Positions 46,855-58,733 of a DNA stretch of 64,000 nt are shown here, in pieces. The notes beneath the pieces are model-generated. The model was not told where the DNA came from. It saw only the letters and a program-made list of their open reading frames with translations, and did not search any database. The first letter of the stretch is position 1. Every line of letters begins with the position of its first letter. The position numbers and the translations under genes were made by a program. This stretch comes from Rebecca billardiae RCC1528 (lineage: Eukaryota; Protista; Haptophyta), in assembly GCA_965240325.2 (NCBI GenBank), contig OZ251252.1, positions 186,001 through 250,000 on the forward strand. The letters are read 5' to 3'.

Positions 46855-47955
46855 CTATGCGGTCGTCCTCGCGTAGTCAAGGCACACAAAGTCCTGCCGG
46901 TAGTACTCTTCGAGCCGCCGCAGGATCGCCGGGTCCGCCAAGTGTCCATGACGCCCGAGCGTGCGCACGACCCGGCCATGGTCGGCATTGCGGCGATTCA
47001 GCGACAGCCGCGGCCGCAGCGGAGAGCCCTTGCTCCAGCGGAGCAGCTGACCGTGCTGCGCCTCGAAGGCGCGCAAGCCCGCCTCGGCCGCCTCCAGGCG
47101 TACCACACCCGCCAGCTCCAACGGGCACAGCGAGAGGAAGAAGGTCTGAGAGAAGGCGTGCATCAGCGCCTCCTTCACGCGGGGGAAGACGTCAGGCGCG
47201 GCAGCGGCGCGCACCAGGCCGCCCTTCGTGAGCCAGTCCGTGTAGCCGGCGAGCGCCACGCTCGTGTTGGGTGTGTGCACCCAAGGCTCCTCGCACACCA
47301 CGGGCCAGCGCCGCGTCTGCTTCCACTTTGGCCGCAGCCGCTGGCACAGGGGGCCCATGCGTGTGCGCACCTCTCCGAACGCTGAGAGCGCGCGTGCGAG
47401 CGGCTCACGCACGATCGCAAACGCGGGCACCGGGCGCTTCGCTTTCACGATGCGCCACATCTCGTTGCCAGACGCCTTCCACTGCGAGCCCGAAGGGTAG
47501 AAGGCATCAAGCGCCTCCTTGAACGCGGACGAGCCCGCCTTGGGCACCTCGACGAACAGGGCGGAGCCAACCGCACCCGTCGTATTGAGCAGCCGGCCGT
47601 ACGGCCAGAAGAAGGTGTTGTGAAGGCGCGCGCGCTGTCCAGCGTCTGGGTAGAACACGTCCTCCACCGTGCGCACGTTCAACACGCCCAACACGCCGCC
47701 CACCGGCGCCGGCGGCGCGCCGTGCGCCGCGCGGCACGCAGCGTCGAGCCGCGGGTCGGCGGCGCGGTACGCCGCGCCCAGGCCGTCGGCGGCGAGGGCG
47801 GGCGGCTTTGCTGTGAGCGCGGCGCCCGCGTCTGCGTGGGGTAGCGGCTGCGATGGGGACAGCGCCTCGGCACCCGCCACGAGCAGGTACACCGATGCGA
47901 CCGTGAGGTTGACGAACACGCCCGCAAGCGGTCGAGCCGAGTGGTGGCTGGTCAT
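46855..47955 (-). CDS. Golgi-type sulfotransferase (Sulfotransfer_2 family)
   Basis: N-terminal TM, 5'-PSB FVEVPKAGSSAFK, 3'-PB IVREPLARALSAF, C-terminal YYRQDF. Confidence 0.85.
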   Translation of the reverse strand: MTSHHSARPLAGVFVNLTVASVYLLVAGAEALSPSQPLPHADAGAALTAKPPALAADGLGAAYRAADPRLDAACRAAHGAPPAPVGGVLGVLNVRTVEDVFYPDAGQRARLHNTFFWPYGRLLNTTGAVGSALFVEVPKAGSSAFKEALDAFYPSGSQWKASGNEMWRIVKAKRPVPAFAIVREPLARALSAFGEVRTRMGPLCQRLRPKWKQTRRWPVVCEEPWVHTPNTSVALAGYTDWLTKGGLVRAAAAPDVFPRVKEALMHAFSQTFFLSLCPLELAGVVRLEAAEAGLRAFEAQHGQLLRWSKGSPLRPRLSLNRRNADHGRVVRTLGRHGHLADPAILRRLEEYYRQDFVCLDYARTTA

Positions 47956-49773
47956 CGTGCGGTATCTTAACTGTACGGGCGTGCATGCCTGAGCTGTACA
48001 TGTGCGACGGTCGTGCGTCTCTTATTTAAACAACGGCCCGCCATAATAATTCTTGGTTACAAAAGGAACGTAGCCTGCAGTGTGGCGCCCGCGGCAGCGT
48101 CGCGTGGGCGCGCACTGCCCCGCTGCCGAGACGTGCTGAACGTGCCTATGAGCGAGGCGCCTGACGTGGAATGGCGCTGCGTGTTCTCTCGCGGCTGCTC
48201 GGCTGTGCATACACTTCGCCTGCGCGGGCGCCTCCACGGCCGAGCGCGCGCCCCCAAGCACCGCCAGGGCTGCCGCGCAGGAGACTTGGCTGCTGCGCCG
48301 AGGCCAGCGCACAACAAGGTGATCCACCAACCTGCGTCGCCCACGCCGGTCTGCGGCGTGGGCGCAGACTGATCGGCGCGCCCCGCAATCTGCTCGGCGG
48401 GTCAGCTGCTCGCACACCCTTCGGGCAAGGCGCGCGACGCGCACGGGCTGGTCGTCTGCGGCAGGAGATGGTGCGCGCGAAGTGTGAGTGAGCGCGCCAT
48501 GTTGCGCTGCGCCGCTCGGAACGTGTGCGCGCGTACTTGTCACAGCCACGCGCGAGAGAGGGCTCGGGTGCGGGGAGAAACAGTGTGGCAAGTGGCTCCT
48601 CTCGCGAGCCATAAGCCACCACGCTCGTCAGCATCAAGTCAGTCCTCTCGCATGCGCGCATGCACAGGTGCGTTCGAACACACGCGCTCGCGCGAGCGCG
48701 CGAGTGCGTGGCACCACAAGCTGGAGCGTGCGAGTCGCTGCACGGCGTAGCTGATGCGCAGTGTGCCCACGGCGCGCAGTACTGTACGCGGTCTCGTGCG
48801 CCAGCGCCGTTCAATGAATGCGAGCAGGGCGGGGCCGGCATGGCGCTTGGCGTCGAACGGAGCCAGCAGCCCTAGTCGAGCTCGACTATGGGGGTCGGCG
48901 TGGATGCGGCAGCCAGCGCCCGACGACGGTCAGAGAGCATATGCTGGCGGGTTGGCAGCCAGCGGGTCGGCAGCTCACGTGCTGACTGCTACTCCGACTA
49001 GGGCTGCACCCTTCCATGGCAACCACTGGCCTAGTCGGAGTAGCCGACTCAGCACGTGAGCATCGGCAGCAGCAACACAGTACTGGCCACGCCGGTGGCC
49101 GGCTCAATGGCCGGTGACGAGCGTGGATTGAGCCCTGATGCGCCACTGGGACAGCAACCAGAGCTCGCGATGCGGCTACTAGGCCCACAGCGCGAGCCGC
49201 ATCTGGCCGCAGCGGGGCGCATTCGGCACTCCGCGCTGGCCTCATCCGCGGTGGCGAGCGCTTGTGGCACGGTTGCCGCCCGACGAGCAAACCGCTCAGC
49301 CCCCAGCACGAGAGCTGGGCGCCCGCGCGTGCCGCCCTGGCTGGAGGGCTGCGCGCCTCTGCGTCTACTGGCGCGGCCCGGCGCGGCGTGCTCGCGGGCT
49401 TAGTCGGCCGGTCCTGGTGGGGCTCCGGACGGACACACGATAATTATGCCCATCGAAGCCCCGCGAAGACCAGGGAATGACAGCTAATTTCCGCCAAGAT
49501 TCCGTCACAGCTACAGCCTGGGCGCGGGAATACCCACCGCGACTATTCATCACATACCTGGCGTATACATCAGTAGCCTGCTCTGCGCCAATCAGGCTGC
49601 GCAACGGCGACTCAACTCATCGCGGCAGCTCGCCGACCGGGAATCTTTGCCGAGCAGCGGTCTCGTCAAAAACACCCGACCCCCACAAGACTCTCGTCTG
49701 GATACGCCCCGGCGCGGGCACGCCCACGCACACCGCGCGCAGGGCGCTGCGCCACCAGCCCCGCCGAGCGCGC

Positions 49774-52313
49774 ATGGCCGCCACCGCCGACGTGGCTTCC
49801 CTGCAGAAGCCACTCGACGTCAGCCAGGTGCAGATGACGCCGACTGGGTCCTCGCCCGAATCGCTCGACATGCGGGAGCCTCTGCCGTCATCTGGGTCGC
49901 AGGAGCTGGGCCCGGCGCCCAAGTCGCCGGTGGACCACGACCACGCGGTCGCCAGCCGCGCCGCCATTCGTAAGCTCGAGCACGGCCACAAGCGCGGCTT
50001 CTACGCGCCCGCCAGGAAGCTGCTGGAGTGGGGGGCGGTGCAGTACGGCCGACGTGAGCGCAGCGGCGCGCGGCGCTCGCGCCGCTGCGGCGGGCTGATG
50101 GGAGATGGGCGCGCTGCCGTGTGCGGGTGGGGTGGTGGCGGGTGGGTGGTGGGTGGTGTGCGCGGCGTGGGGCGCCGAATGCCGCGCCAGGCTCACGCGG
50201 CCTCGCTTACGCGGCCGTCCCCCACCCCGACCCCCGCTCCGCGCGGCCCGCGCGCGCGCTTGTGCACAGACGCGTCGTGGTCGGACCTGTTCTGGGACCT
50301 GATCTTCGTGGGCTCGGCGTTCAAGGTTGGCGACTACTTCAAGAGCAACATCCAGTACGCGCACGGCCCGGTCGTGCTGATGGGCGCGGGCCTCACCATC
50401 GTCAACACGTGGTCGCACCTGCTGCAGTACAGGTGCCGCTTCGAGGCCAACTCCGTCTTCCACAAGATGGTCGATGTGCTGGAGGGGCTGCTGTGCGCGG
50501 CGCAGGCGCACAACGTGGTGAAGGACCCGGCCGCATTCGAGGCGTACAACATGTACGCCTTCGTCGCGATGGTGCTGCTCTGCCGCGCCGTGCAGGCCTT
50601 CCGCCGTCTCGAGCTCGTGCTGACGAAGCCGCCGCCGGCCGAGTACGGCTCCACGCGGTACGCGGCGCTGGACATGCTGGTGCGCACGCTGGTCGAGATG
50701 TCGCTGCTGTGCGTGTGCTTCGCGTTCGAGTCGGTGTACGCGCTGATGACCATGCTCATCTCCGTGTGGGCCATGCAGGTCACGCTCTTCACCGCGCCGG
50801 CGCTGCTGGTACGCGAGCGCTGCGCGCGCGCGCGCCGCGCTGCGTGCGCGCGTGGCGCGCGCTGACGCCGCGGCACCGCCCGTCGCGCGCGCGCGCGCGC
50901 GCGCCCGCCGCGTGCTCGCAGGGCTGGTACCAGAAGAAGCACCTCGTGCCGATCCACGTCGAGTACACCGTGCACCGCATGGGCGAGATGGTGATGCTGA
51001 TGCTGGGCGAGGGCATGTTGTCGCTCGTGCTCTCAGAGACGGTTGTGGACACCACGGAGATCGCCGAGTGCGGCTCCAAGTGCTGGGTGGGCAAGCTCAA
51101 GTCGGGCGTGTCCTTCGCGTCGGGGTACGTGCTCCTCGCCGCGCTCATGTACCTCTACTACCGCTGCAACCGCTTCACCCGCCACCACCACGCCGTGCGC
51201 CGCTCGGCCGCGCGCGGTATCCTCTGGAACAACCTGCACTGGCCGCTGTGTCTCTCACTGATCGGGGCGGGGGTGTGCCTCAAGGCGATCCAGCCGTACG
51301 CGGCCAAGCCCAGCGTGGAGCGGCCGTACATCAACGCGTTCGGCGCCTCGACCGCGTACTCCATGCTCACCATCTGCATCCAGCAGCTGCTCCACCCCGG
51401 ACTGGGTACTTTCCTGGCCGCGCCGCAGAAGCGCGCCAAGCGCGTCGGCCTCTTTGCCGCCAAGATTGCAATCTCGCTCGGGCCGGTGGCGATGAGCTGG
51501 TTCCCCGAGAGCACGGAGGGCTGGGTGTACCTGTTCTACACCGCGCTGCTCGGCATCGCCGCCGTCGTGCTGCTCACCCTCGAGAAGAGCAAGTCCATCG
51601 AGAAGGGCCTCTGGTTCTTCGCCGACCACCGGCCTGCCGCGTCGCAGCGCGGCGGCACGCGCCGCGACGCCATGTACCACTCGCGCAAGTCGATGGCGAT
51701 TCGGAATGAGCTGGCGCGCGCGGAGGCGGCGCAGGGGCGCACGTCTTCGGACTCGTCGGACGTCGAGCTGCACACCGACCACGCGCCGCCCGCCGACGCC
51801 GGCGCCGGCGCGGGCGCGGGCGTCGCGCAGCCGCACCGCCGCTCCGCGCGCACGTACAACTCGGCGGCCGCGCGCGTCGCTGACGCGGTCGCGCGCGCGA
51901 CGCACGCGGCGCCGGCCGGGCGCGTCGGGATGAGGCGGCCGTCCGACCCCTCGCACAACGGCGCGCTCGACCGGCGGCCGATGCGCGCGCACGACCCGCT
52001 CGAGGCGCTGCGCGAGGACGCGCGCGCCGAGGGCATGGGCCTGCGCCGCCCGCGCCACTCGTTCGACGCGCGGCGCGCCGGCATGGCTGGCGTCCGCTAC
52101 GGTTTTGACAAGCCGAGCGGCGGGCTCCAGCCGCGCTGGCCGACGGCCGCGGAGATACTGGCGGCGGCGGAGGATGCGCCGTCGGCGTCGGACTCGGACT
52201 CGGATTCGGACGACTCGGTCGCGCTCGAGGTGCCGCACAACCCGTTCGCCATCCGCGAGTCGAAGCGCTCGGAGGCGGAGGACGTCAACTCCGCCGTTGT
52301 GCTCACCGGCTGA
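49774..52313 (+). CDS. LtrA (low-temperature requirement A)-like multi-pass membrane protein
   Basis: Introns 50054-50269 and 50809-50921. Motifs WSDLFWDLIFV and HVEYTVHRMGEMVMLMLGEG. Confidence 0.78.
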
Positions 52314-52999
52314 GCGCGCGCGCGCCGCCGCCCGGTGCCGCTGGCTGCCGCTGGCGCCCACCGCCATTCGTGGAGGGCGCGTGTAGGCGGCGTGCCGCCA
52401 TGGCGCCGACGCCGCCGGGTCTGCCCCGTGGCGCCGGCGCGTGCTTGCTGGTCCTGTTCTTCTGCTCAGACGGCGCGCCCCCTGCGCGGGCCGCCGCTTG
52501 CCTCAAGCCGTGCGCCCCTGCTCCGAGGTTGCAGCCGAGTCTCGGCCGAGTGGATCATCGCGTCCGTCGCGGGTCATGCCGTCATGCGCCCGCGGGCGTG
52601 ATGCCCGGTGGTGTACCCGTGGGCCCTGGTCATATCGTTGCGGTGTCGTCATGAAGTCGGCTTCGCTGACTCAGACTTCGTCAGAATCGCTCATCTAAAG
52701 CATTGAGCACTGTCTCTTCGGCCAGTGACCTAGATGGAGTTACTCCGAGTTAGGCTACTCAGTCGAGCTGTGTCAGCCGGACTGTGGGGCATGCTGCAGC
52801 CGGCAGCCATCGTGTGAGCTGGGCTCACGGCCACCGCGACTGGCGCGACACGGCCTGCACCGCTGGAAGCGTCCACGTCGTTGGGACGTGCACGTCCGCC
52901 CGCCGAGCGCCGCCCAGCAGGCGCCGCCGAGTGGGGCGCGCAGCGGTCGCGACGGCGCGCTCACTGGTCCTCGCGGCGTGCACGATCTCCGTGCGCGCC

Positions 53000-54238
53000 A
53001 TGCAGCACGCGCCCGCCACCCCCGCCGCCGCCACGCGCGCGCGCGTGCTGGGCGCGGACGCGGCGGGCATTCAGACGGCCGCCGAGCTGCTGCGCGGCGG
53101 CAGGCTGGTGGCCTTCCCGACGGAGACGGTGTACGGGCTGGGCGCGAACGCGCTGGACGAGTCCGCCGTGCGCGACATCTTCCGCGTCAAGGGGCGCCCG
53201 CTCACCGACCCTCTGATCGTGCATGTGCCGACTGCGGCCGATGCCACCAAGCTGCTGCTGCTCGACGACGACTCGGCCGCGGTGGTCGAGGCGCTGGGGC
53301 GCGCGTTCTGGCCGGGCCCGCTGACGCTCGTCGCGCCCGCCGGGCCGAGCCTGCCCCCCGTCGTGTGCGCGGGCACCGGCTTCGTCGGCGTGCGCTGCCC
53401 CGCGCACGACGTCGCGCGCGCGCTGCTAACGGCCGCGGCGGTTCCTGTCGCCGCGCCGTCCGCCAACCGCTTCGGCCACGTCTCGCCGACGCGCGCGGCG
53501 CACGTGCTGGACGACCTGGGCGCGCACGAGATCGCGGTGCTCGACGCGCCCGGCTGCGCCGTCGGCATCGAGTCCACCGTCGCCAAGGTCGACGTCGCCG
53601 CGCGCGAGGTGCTCATCCTGAGGCGCGGTGGCGTCTCTGAGCGCGCGCTGGCGGACGCGCTGGCGGGCTCGCCGGCGGCGTTCCGCGTGCGCGTGCTCGA
53701 GCGCAAGGCGGAGGGCGCGGGCGCGCGGCCGATGTCGCAGCCCGTCAGCGCGCCCGAAGGCGTCGCGCAGCTCGCGCCCGGCCAGCTGCTCACGCACTAC
53801 GCGCCCGACCGCCCGACGCTGCTCGCGGCGCGGCGTGGCCGCGCCGCCGGGCCGGCGGCCGCGGCCGATGGCGGCGGGGCGCGAAGGGCAGATGGCGCGG
53901 TGGCGGAGGCGGCAGTGGGTCTCGGCGCCGTGGGCGCGCAGCTGCGCGCGTGCGCCGTCCTCGACTTTGGTGGCGCGCTCGCCGACACGCGCGCCGTCGC
54001 GCGCGCGTACCGCGACCTCTCAGAGTCCGGGAATGTGCGGGAGGCGGCCCACTCGCTGTTTGACGCGCTGCGCTGGGCGGAGGGCGTGGACGGCGCGTCG
54101 CACGTGCTGCTCGCCGACCTCGCCGAGCTGGGCGTGGAGCACGAGGACGCGGGCGCGCTCTTCGACCGCATGTTCCGCGCCGCCTCCGGGCGGCACGTGC
54201 GCGTCCTCGACGCCGATGTGCAGAGCGAGTCGCAGTGA
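53000..54238 (+). CDS. SUA5: Threonylcarbamoyl-AMP synthase (Sua5/YwlC type)
   Basis: VAFPTETVYGLGANA, KGRP..DPLIVH, FWPGPLT, AAPSANRFG, GIEST, APGQLLTHYAP, plus a C-terminal SUA5 domain. Confidence 0.96.
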   Translation: MQHAPATPAAATRARVLGADAAGIQTAAELLRGGRLVAFPTETVYGLGANALDESAVRDIFRVKGRPLTDPLIVHVPTAADATKLLLLDDDSAAVVEALGRAFWPGPLTLVAPAGPSLPPVVCAGTGFVGVRCPAHDVARALLTAAAVPVAAPSANRFGHVSPTRAAHVLDDLGAHEIAVLDAPGCAVGIESTVAKVDVAAREVLILRRGGVSERALADALAGSPAAFRVRVLERKAEGAGARPMSQPVSAPEGVAQLAPGQLLTHYAPDRPTLLAARRGRAAGPAAAADGGGARRADGAVAEAAVGLGAVGAQLRACAVLDFGGALADTRAVARAYRDLSESGNVREAAHSLFDALRWAEGVDGASHVLLADLAELGVEHEDAGALFDRMFRAASGRHVRVLDADVQSESQ

Positions 54239-54752
54239 CAGTCAGCCCGAGTGGTCCGTGGCAGTGCTGCCACCGGTGGCTGGCACGGCGGCGGTGGCGC
54301 CGGCTGGCACGGCGCCGGCGACGGCGGCGGCCGGGCCGGGCAGGGCCTGCCTCGGCGCCTCGATCATCGGGACGACGCGCGAACAGCAGCGACGTGGTGG
54401 CGCGCGGCACTATTCATACGCGGCTGTGCACGTGCACAGCACCTGTAGGCCCACAGCCATCGCATCGACTAATTTATTCCGCGCGCCTATAGCGCGGGAT
54501 TAGCGGCTAGCACTACGCCACTAGCCGAGCTAGCTGCCTCAAGTCAGACTCAGTGCCGCCTGCGTCCCCGGGGGCCATCGGTACTACTTGCGGTGACGGG
54601 CCACGGCCACGGGGTCGTCGGGTGACCGCGGTCGGCGGTGAGTCGGCGGTCTCGCGGCCCGTGACGGGCTCTCGCGACAAGACTGCATCGACCGTCTGCA
54701 ATGTCCGCGTCGCGTCGCACACGCCACGTGCAGGCTGGGCTGAGACGAGTGC

Positions 54753-54822
54753 GCCGAGGCTCAGCTGTGGTTAGTGAGCCGGTGTCACTAACCACAGCCG
54801 AGGCTCAGCTGTGGTTAGTGAG
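54753..54822. repeat. Direct-inverted-direct mini repeat (alternative hairpins)
   Basis: GCCGAGGCTCAGCTGTGGTTAGTGAG at 54753 and 54797, with inverted TCACTAACCACAGC at 54785-54798. Confidence 0.85.
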
Positions 54823-55420
54823 GCCGTCGGGTCGGCGGCAAGCACGCATGGAAGGCGAGGCGAGAGAACGGCGAATCCGGGCAAGGCGTGTGGGACGCTG
54901 CGACCCGTCAGACCATACATGCACCACAAGATCGTGCCAGCGCGCTCGGCGGGCGCGTCAGGGGCCGCACGAGCCCACGGCGCCAGTGGCGCCGCGCGCG
55001 GCGCGCTGCTACGATCTCAAATTTGGCAGCGTGAATCTCCATCACCGGACTCGCAGTCTTTTGCAACCGGTTCCCGGTTCGCGAGAGAGTCGTGGGTTCT
55101 GGGCCGCTCGCTCATTGGGTGGCAACCGGGGCGGGTGGAAATCCCCGCCGCGTTACGTGGTCAGCGCGCCAAGCCTGATGAGCCACAACCGATCGTCGAA
55201 GCGTTTTTTCTGTGAGAGGGCAAATAAGCCGCGAATAAGCCCGCCGATCCCGGCAGCATCCCGGCCGAGCGGCGCAACTGCCCTCGCTCCCTTGCCTCGG
55301 TCGCACGTGCGCAACTTTCGCCGCTTCGCGGCGTCGGGCCCTGCTTCGCGTCGTCAGGCGTCAGCGCGTGTGCATCTCGCAGTTCCTCGTCCCTCGTCGC
55401 CGCCAACCGACTCGACCGCG

Positions 55421-55723
55421 ATGGATCTCTTCAACATCCAGCCCGTCACGTTCGAGCTCGAGTCGGACTTCGAGAAGAAGCACACATGCGCGAGCCATGG
55501 CAAGCACCGCGTGCGCCACGCCAACGGCCACCACCACTGCGCTCACCGCGCCGCGGACAGCGTGGACCTGCTGCCGGAGGCGCTCGACTTTGACCTGGAG
55601 CTCGAGGAGGTGGAGGAGCTGGCGGGCGACTTCAGCGAGAAGAAGCACACGTGCGCGAGCAAGGGCAAGCACCGCAAGCGCCACCCCGGCGGGAACGCCT
55701 ACCACTGCGCGCACCGCCACTGA
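55421..55723 (+). CDS. 100-aa small protein with two acidic-leader + His/Cys-rich core repeats
   Basis: Strong GC3 codon bias. DFEKKHTCASHGKHRVRHANGHHHCAHR and DFSEKKHTCASKGKHRKRHPGGNAYHCAHRH. Confidence 0.75.
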   Translation: MDLFNIQPVTFELESDFEKKHTCASHGKHRVRHANGHHHCAHRAADSVDLLPEALDFDLELEEVEELAGDFSEKKHTCASKGKHRKRHPGGNAYHCAHRH

Positions 55724-57042
55724 GCACGCCGTGAGCGCGCGGCCGCACTGCTTCCTGTGCGCCCGGCGCTCGGGCTGAGCTGTCGGGGCCGCGCCAAAAG
55801 ATGCGTGCTACCCGGCGGCGACTTTGGCGGGTCCGTGCACCGCTTGCGCCGTGCAGCACCGGGCAGCGCCACAGGAGCGAGCAGCTGGGCTATGCTTCCG
55901 AGCCAGCGCGGATCCGCCGTGGGCGCGGGCGTGAGGTGACTTGCGCACGGATTCACCCGGCGCTGCGCGGCCGCGCCGCGCCACCGTCACGGCCGGCGCC
56001 GCTGCTCCGGTTCCGCCCAGCGCCGGCATCTAGGGCACCTGGGCGAGGGCTGTTTCATAGTGTCACGCAATGTTCTGACTAGAGCCTCATGTAGCGGCTT
56101 GCAGCCTGTGAACGGCTGCCTGGCCTGTGGCCTACACGTCTCGTGGAGGCGGTGCGTCTCAAGCCTCGACTGCGCCGACTGCGAGCGGTCCCGATTCACG
56201 AATCACGAACGCTGGCTGGTGAGCACTGCGCGCGTCTGCACGAATCCAAACTGAAACTGAAAACACCCGCTTACAGGTGGGTGAGGGCAGAATGAGACAA
56301 AATCCCGGATCGTGTTTTGCGCTCCACCACGATGGCGCTCACGCCCTTCGCGCACGTCGTCGTGGAGGGCATCAGACGAAGAGTTCAAGCTGCGAGTCTC
56401 GTGGGCTAACTCCATGCCGTTGAGGAGCACGAGCACCATCAAGTTTGTCTCACTTTGGGGGGGTGAGGGCACTTTGAGACAAACCGCGTGCGCACGCCCG
56501 ACGAGCTCACCAACTGGGGAGAGCAAGCTTCCCATGGGCTCTTGGCGCGTGTCTGACGTCCCTACTACCTCCCATGGCATGGCCAGCCGTCAGGTTGGCG
56601 TCCCCTTGCAGTAGTAGACTACCTTGCTCACGTCACTGAAGGGCACCGTGCATCGCGGTTCGCGGCCGTCTCACAGTGGCGGGGCACGTTCGGCGGCTAC
56701 GTTTGGTGCGTGCAGGCCAGGCATGGGCAGCGGAGCGGCCTGCAAACGAGCGGAGGTGCCAGGCATGCACCTTGGGCACACATGTGACGCGTCTCGACAG
56801 ACTTGCGTCCACCTCACCGGGCGCTGTAGCGCGTGCGGGGCGGGCGCCATGCACCACGCCCAGTGGGCGCCACTGGACCGCCACTGGGCCGCCACCTTTG
56901 TCTCAAAGTGCCCTCTGTCTCATTCTGCCCTCATCGACCTGTACCCGCCGTGACCCAAGCCGAGTTTTATTACTTGCGAGGACGGCGACCAACCGTCAGC
57001 CCTCGTGATCACGCATTCACGCGTGCGGCCGCCATCGTCGTC

Positions 57043-58467
57043 ATGCGCCTCGCGCGGCGGGCCGCGCTGGCGGCGGCGGCGACGACGTCCGCGGCGGGCG
57101 TGGCCGCGCTGTGCGAGCCGGCCCCGCCCGTCCGGCGCGTCACGCGCAGCACCTCCGCCCACCCGGACGCCGTCTATTACGCCCAGCTGGAGGAGCACCG
57201 GCTCCGGGGCCTCTCAGTCCTGCAGGAGGCTCAGCTGGGCGAGTGGTACGAGGTGGTGCGCAAGGTGGAGGCGGGGCGCGCCGAGCTGAACGAGGCGGAC
57301 CCCGCGACAGGCGCAACCGTCCTCCACCTCGCCGCGCAGTCGGGCAAGCGCATCGCCGCGGACGCGCTGCTGCGCGCGGGCGCCGACTGCGGCGCGCGCG
57401 ACGCGCGCGGCGCGTCGCCGTGCGCGTACGCGATGCGCGCCAACCAGGCGAACATGCTGCAGTTCCTGCTGGGCCACCCGCACTGCCCGCAGGCGGATGT
57501 GAACGAGCGCGACAACAACGGCGCGACGCTGCTCCACCGCGCCGCGGCCACGGGCGCGCACGGCATGGTGCGCCGTCTTCTCCAGCACCCACACATAGCG
57601 CCGAACGAGGCAGACCAGTACGGCACCGCGCCGCTGCACAAGGCGGTGGCGTTCGGGCACGAGAAGGTGGTCACAGAGCTGCTCGCCGACGTGCGCGTCG
57701 ACGTCAACCTCGCGTGCGCCGAGCCCAGCGCGCCGAGCTCGCACGGCGCCATCTCCGGCGGCGAATCGGCCCTGCACATTGCGGGTGCGGCGGCGCTGCC
57801 GCGCCGCGCGCCGGGCGCCGGGCGCGGGTGCTGTGGTCCCGGACTGGCGTCCAGGACCCCGGCGGGGCGGGCTGGGGAGCCGGGCCGGGGGATGGCGGGC
57901 GTTGCGCGCTGGCACGGCCGCCCTCGCGCGCGCGCGCGCTCACGCCCGCGCGCCCCTCCCTGCCGCTGCCGCCCTCCGCCCTGCGGCGCGCCGATGCGCG
58001 CGTCTGCGCGCCGGACAGCCGGCCAGGCCGCGGCCTCCGGCACCAAGGGCGCCCTGGCCATCGCGCGCGCTCTGATCGCCTCCGGCGCGGACACGCGCGC
58101 CCGGGACAAGAAGGGGCGCACGCCCGCGCATTGCGCGTGCGCCGCGGGCAACGAGCCCATCGTCCGCGCGCTGGTCAGGGCTCGGGACGAGGAGCAGTGG
58201 GCGGCGGTGGACAACAGCGGGCGCACGCCGCTCGAGGTGGCCAAGGCGGAGGGACACGCGCGGCTCGTCAAACTGCTGCGCGAGAGCAGGCTCGCGCTCA
58301 CGGCTGACGGCGCGAGGGAGGACCCCGTGCCGCCGGCGGATGCAGCGAGACTACGCGCGCGTGCCTCGTCGCGAGCGGCGGCTGTGGCGAGGGGCATGGC
58401 CGCAGGCGGTGCCCGTGATGACGGCGAGCAGTCTTCACCGCCGGAAAGCTCGTCTACTTCTCCATAG
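57043..58467 (+). CDS. Ankyrin repeat protein with a putative mitochondrial-type presequence
   Basis: GATVLHLAA, GATLLHRAA, GTAPLHKAV, GESALHIA, GRTPAHCA, GRTPLEVA. In-frame intron 57785-58018. Confidence 0.9.
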   Translation: MRLARRAALAAAATTSAAGVAALCEPAPPVRRVTRSTSAHPDAVYYAQLEEHRLRGLSVLQEAQLGEWYEVVRKVEAGRAELNEADPATGATVLHLAAQSGKRIAADALLRAGADCGARDARGASPCAYAMRANQANMLQFLLGHPHCPQADVNERDNNGATLLHRAAATGAHGMVRRLLQHPHIAPNEADQYGTAPLHKAVAFGHEKVVTELLADVRVDVNLACAEPSAPSSHGAISGGESALHIAGAAALPRRAPGAGRGCCGPGLASRTPAGRAGEPGRGMAGVARWHGRPRARARSRPRAPPCRCRPPPCGAPMRASARRTAGQAAASGTKGALAIARALIASGADTRARDKKGRTPAHCACAAGNEPIVRALVRARDEEQWAAVDNSGRTPLEVAKAEGHARLVKLLRESRLALTADGAREDPVPPADAARLRARASSRAAAVARGMAAGGARDDGEQSSPPESSSTSP

Positions 58468-58733
58468 TCGTAATTGCACGGCATCGTGAAGGGTGGTGGC
58501 GGGTGGCAGAGCCGCCTCATCATCGTCATCATTGTCGACATTGTTATTGCTGAATATTCGGTGCGCCGATGCGCCTCTTATTAGTGTAAGCCGCGCGCGC
58601 GGGTCCCGTCACTACGCCGTCAGCACGGTCATCAGGCGTCACATGTGCACATGGCGCATGCAGTCGGTACCGTGAGTACTTGACAATGACTGACGAGTGA
58701 CGCGGACCATCCGCCTTCACATAAATCACAATA

